From: Deltaproteobacteria bacterium
GTDB lineage: Bacteria; Desulfobacterota; B13-G15; RBG-16-54-18
NCBI GenBank assembly: GCA_019308925.1
Contig: JAFDHG010000014.1
Location: forward strand, 1-60,854
Direction: 5' to 3'
Length of the DNA: 60,854 nt
The notes beneath the pieces are model-generated. The model was not told where the DNA came from. It saw nothing but the letters and a program-made list of their open reading frames with translations, and searched no databases. The translations under genes were made by a program, and so were the position numbers. Below, in pieces: positions 60,767-60,854 of this stretch (within the stretch, counting starts at the first letter, position 1; every line of letters starts with the position of its first letter).

Positions 60767-60854
60767 ATGGATTCATCATCTCAAAAGTGGCGACATCCTG
60801 GGGGAAAACTCAGAGAACTTGGGCCAGAGAGTCTTTCGGATACTGAACTTCTTT
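60767..60854 (+). CDS. RadC N-terminal-like small protein, copy 2 (partial, runs off the right edge)
   Basis: MDSSSQKWRHPGGKLRELGPESLSDTELL; 10 mismatches plus a 3-nt gap versus the copy at 58778 over about 90 bp. Confidence 0.75.
   Translation, partial: MDSSSQKWRHPGGKLRELGPESLSDTELL

Overview
GC-rich chromosomal segment of a Deltaproteobacteria/Desulfobacterota-like organism, possibly thermophilic (inferred from gene content and synteny). Most of the window is housekeeping: xerD; the pnp-rpsO-truB-rbfA-infB-nusA-rimP cluster; tRNA-Pro(CGG); plsY; ilvE-nusB-rib-nrdR-glyA-rpiB; a fab/plsX/rpmF cluster; a 2-hydroxyacyl-CoA dehydratase with activase; leuA/leuC; pilB-pilT-pilC-pilS-pilR; mutL, pgi, accA, dnaE and guaB. 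Both ends are AT-rich accessory DNA. The left end holds a long ORF missing from the ORF track because it runs off the edge: an NTP-transferase + CDP-alcohol phosphotransferase (IPCT/DIPPS-like) protein with a fused HAD phosphatase domain. The right end is a decayed defence-like islet containing an intact ATPase-wHTH-DUF234 nuclease gene bracketed by 34-bp inverted repeats (31/34 identical), the best candidate for a poorly described self-contained element. Other notable items are an orphan 2-repeat CRISPR mini-array whose palindromic spacer resembles the putative enhancer upstream of the pil operon, an acyl-CoA dehydrogenase where fabH normally sits, modular intergenic repeat families, and three genes with internal deletions (pilB, guaA, a nucleotidyltransferase). 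All alignments were done by eye and no database searches were run.
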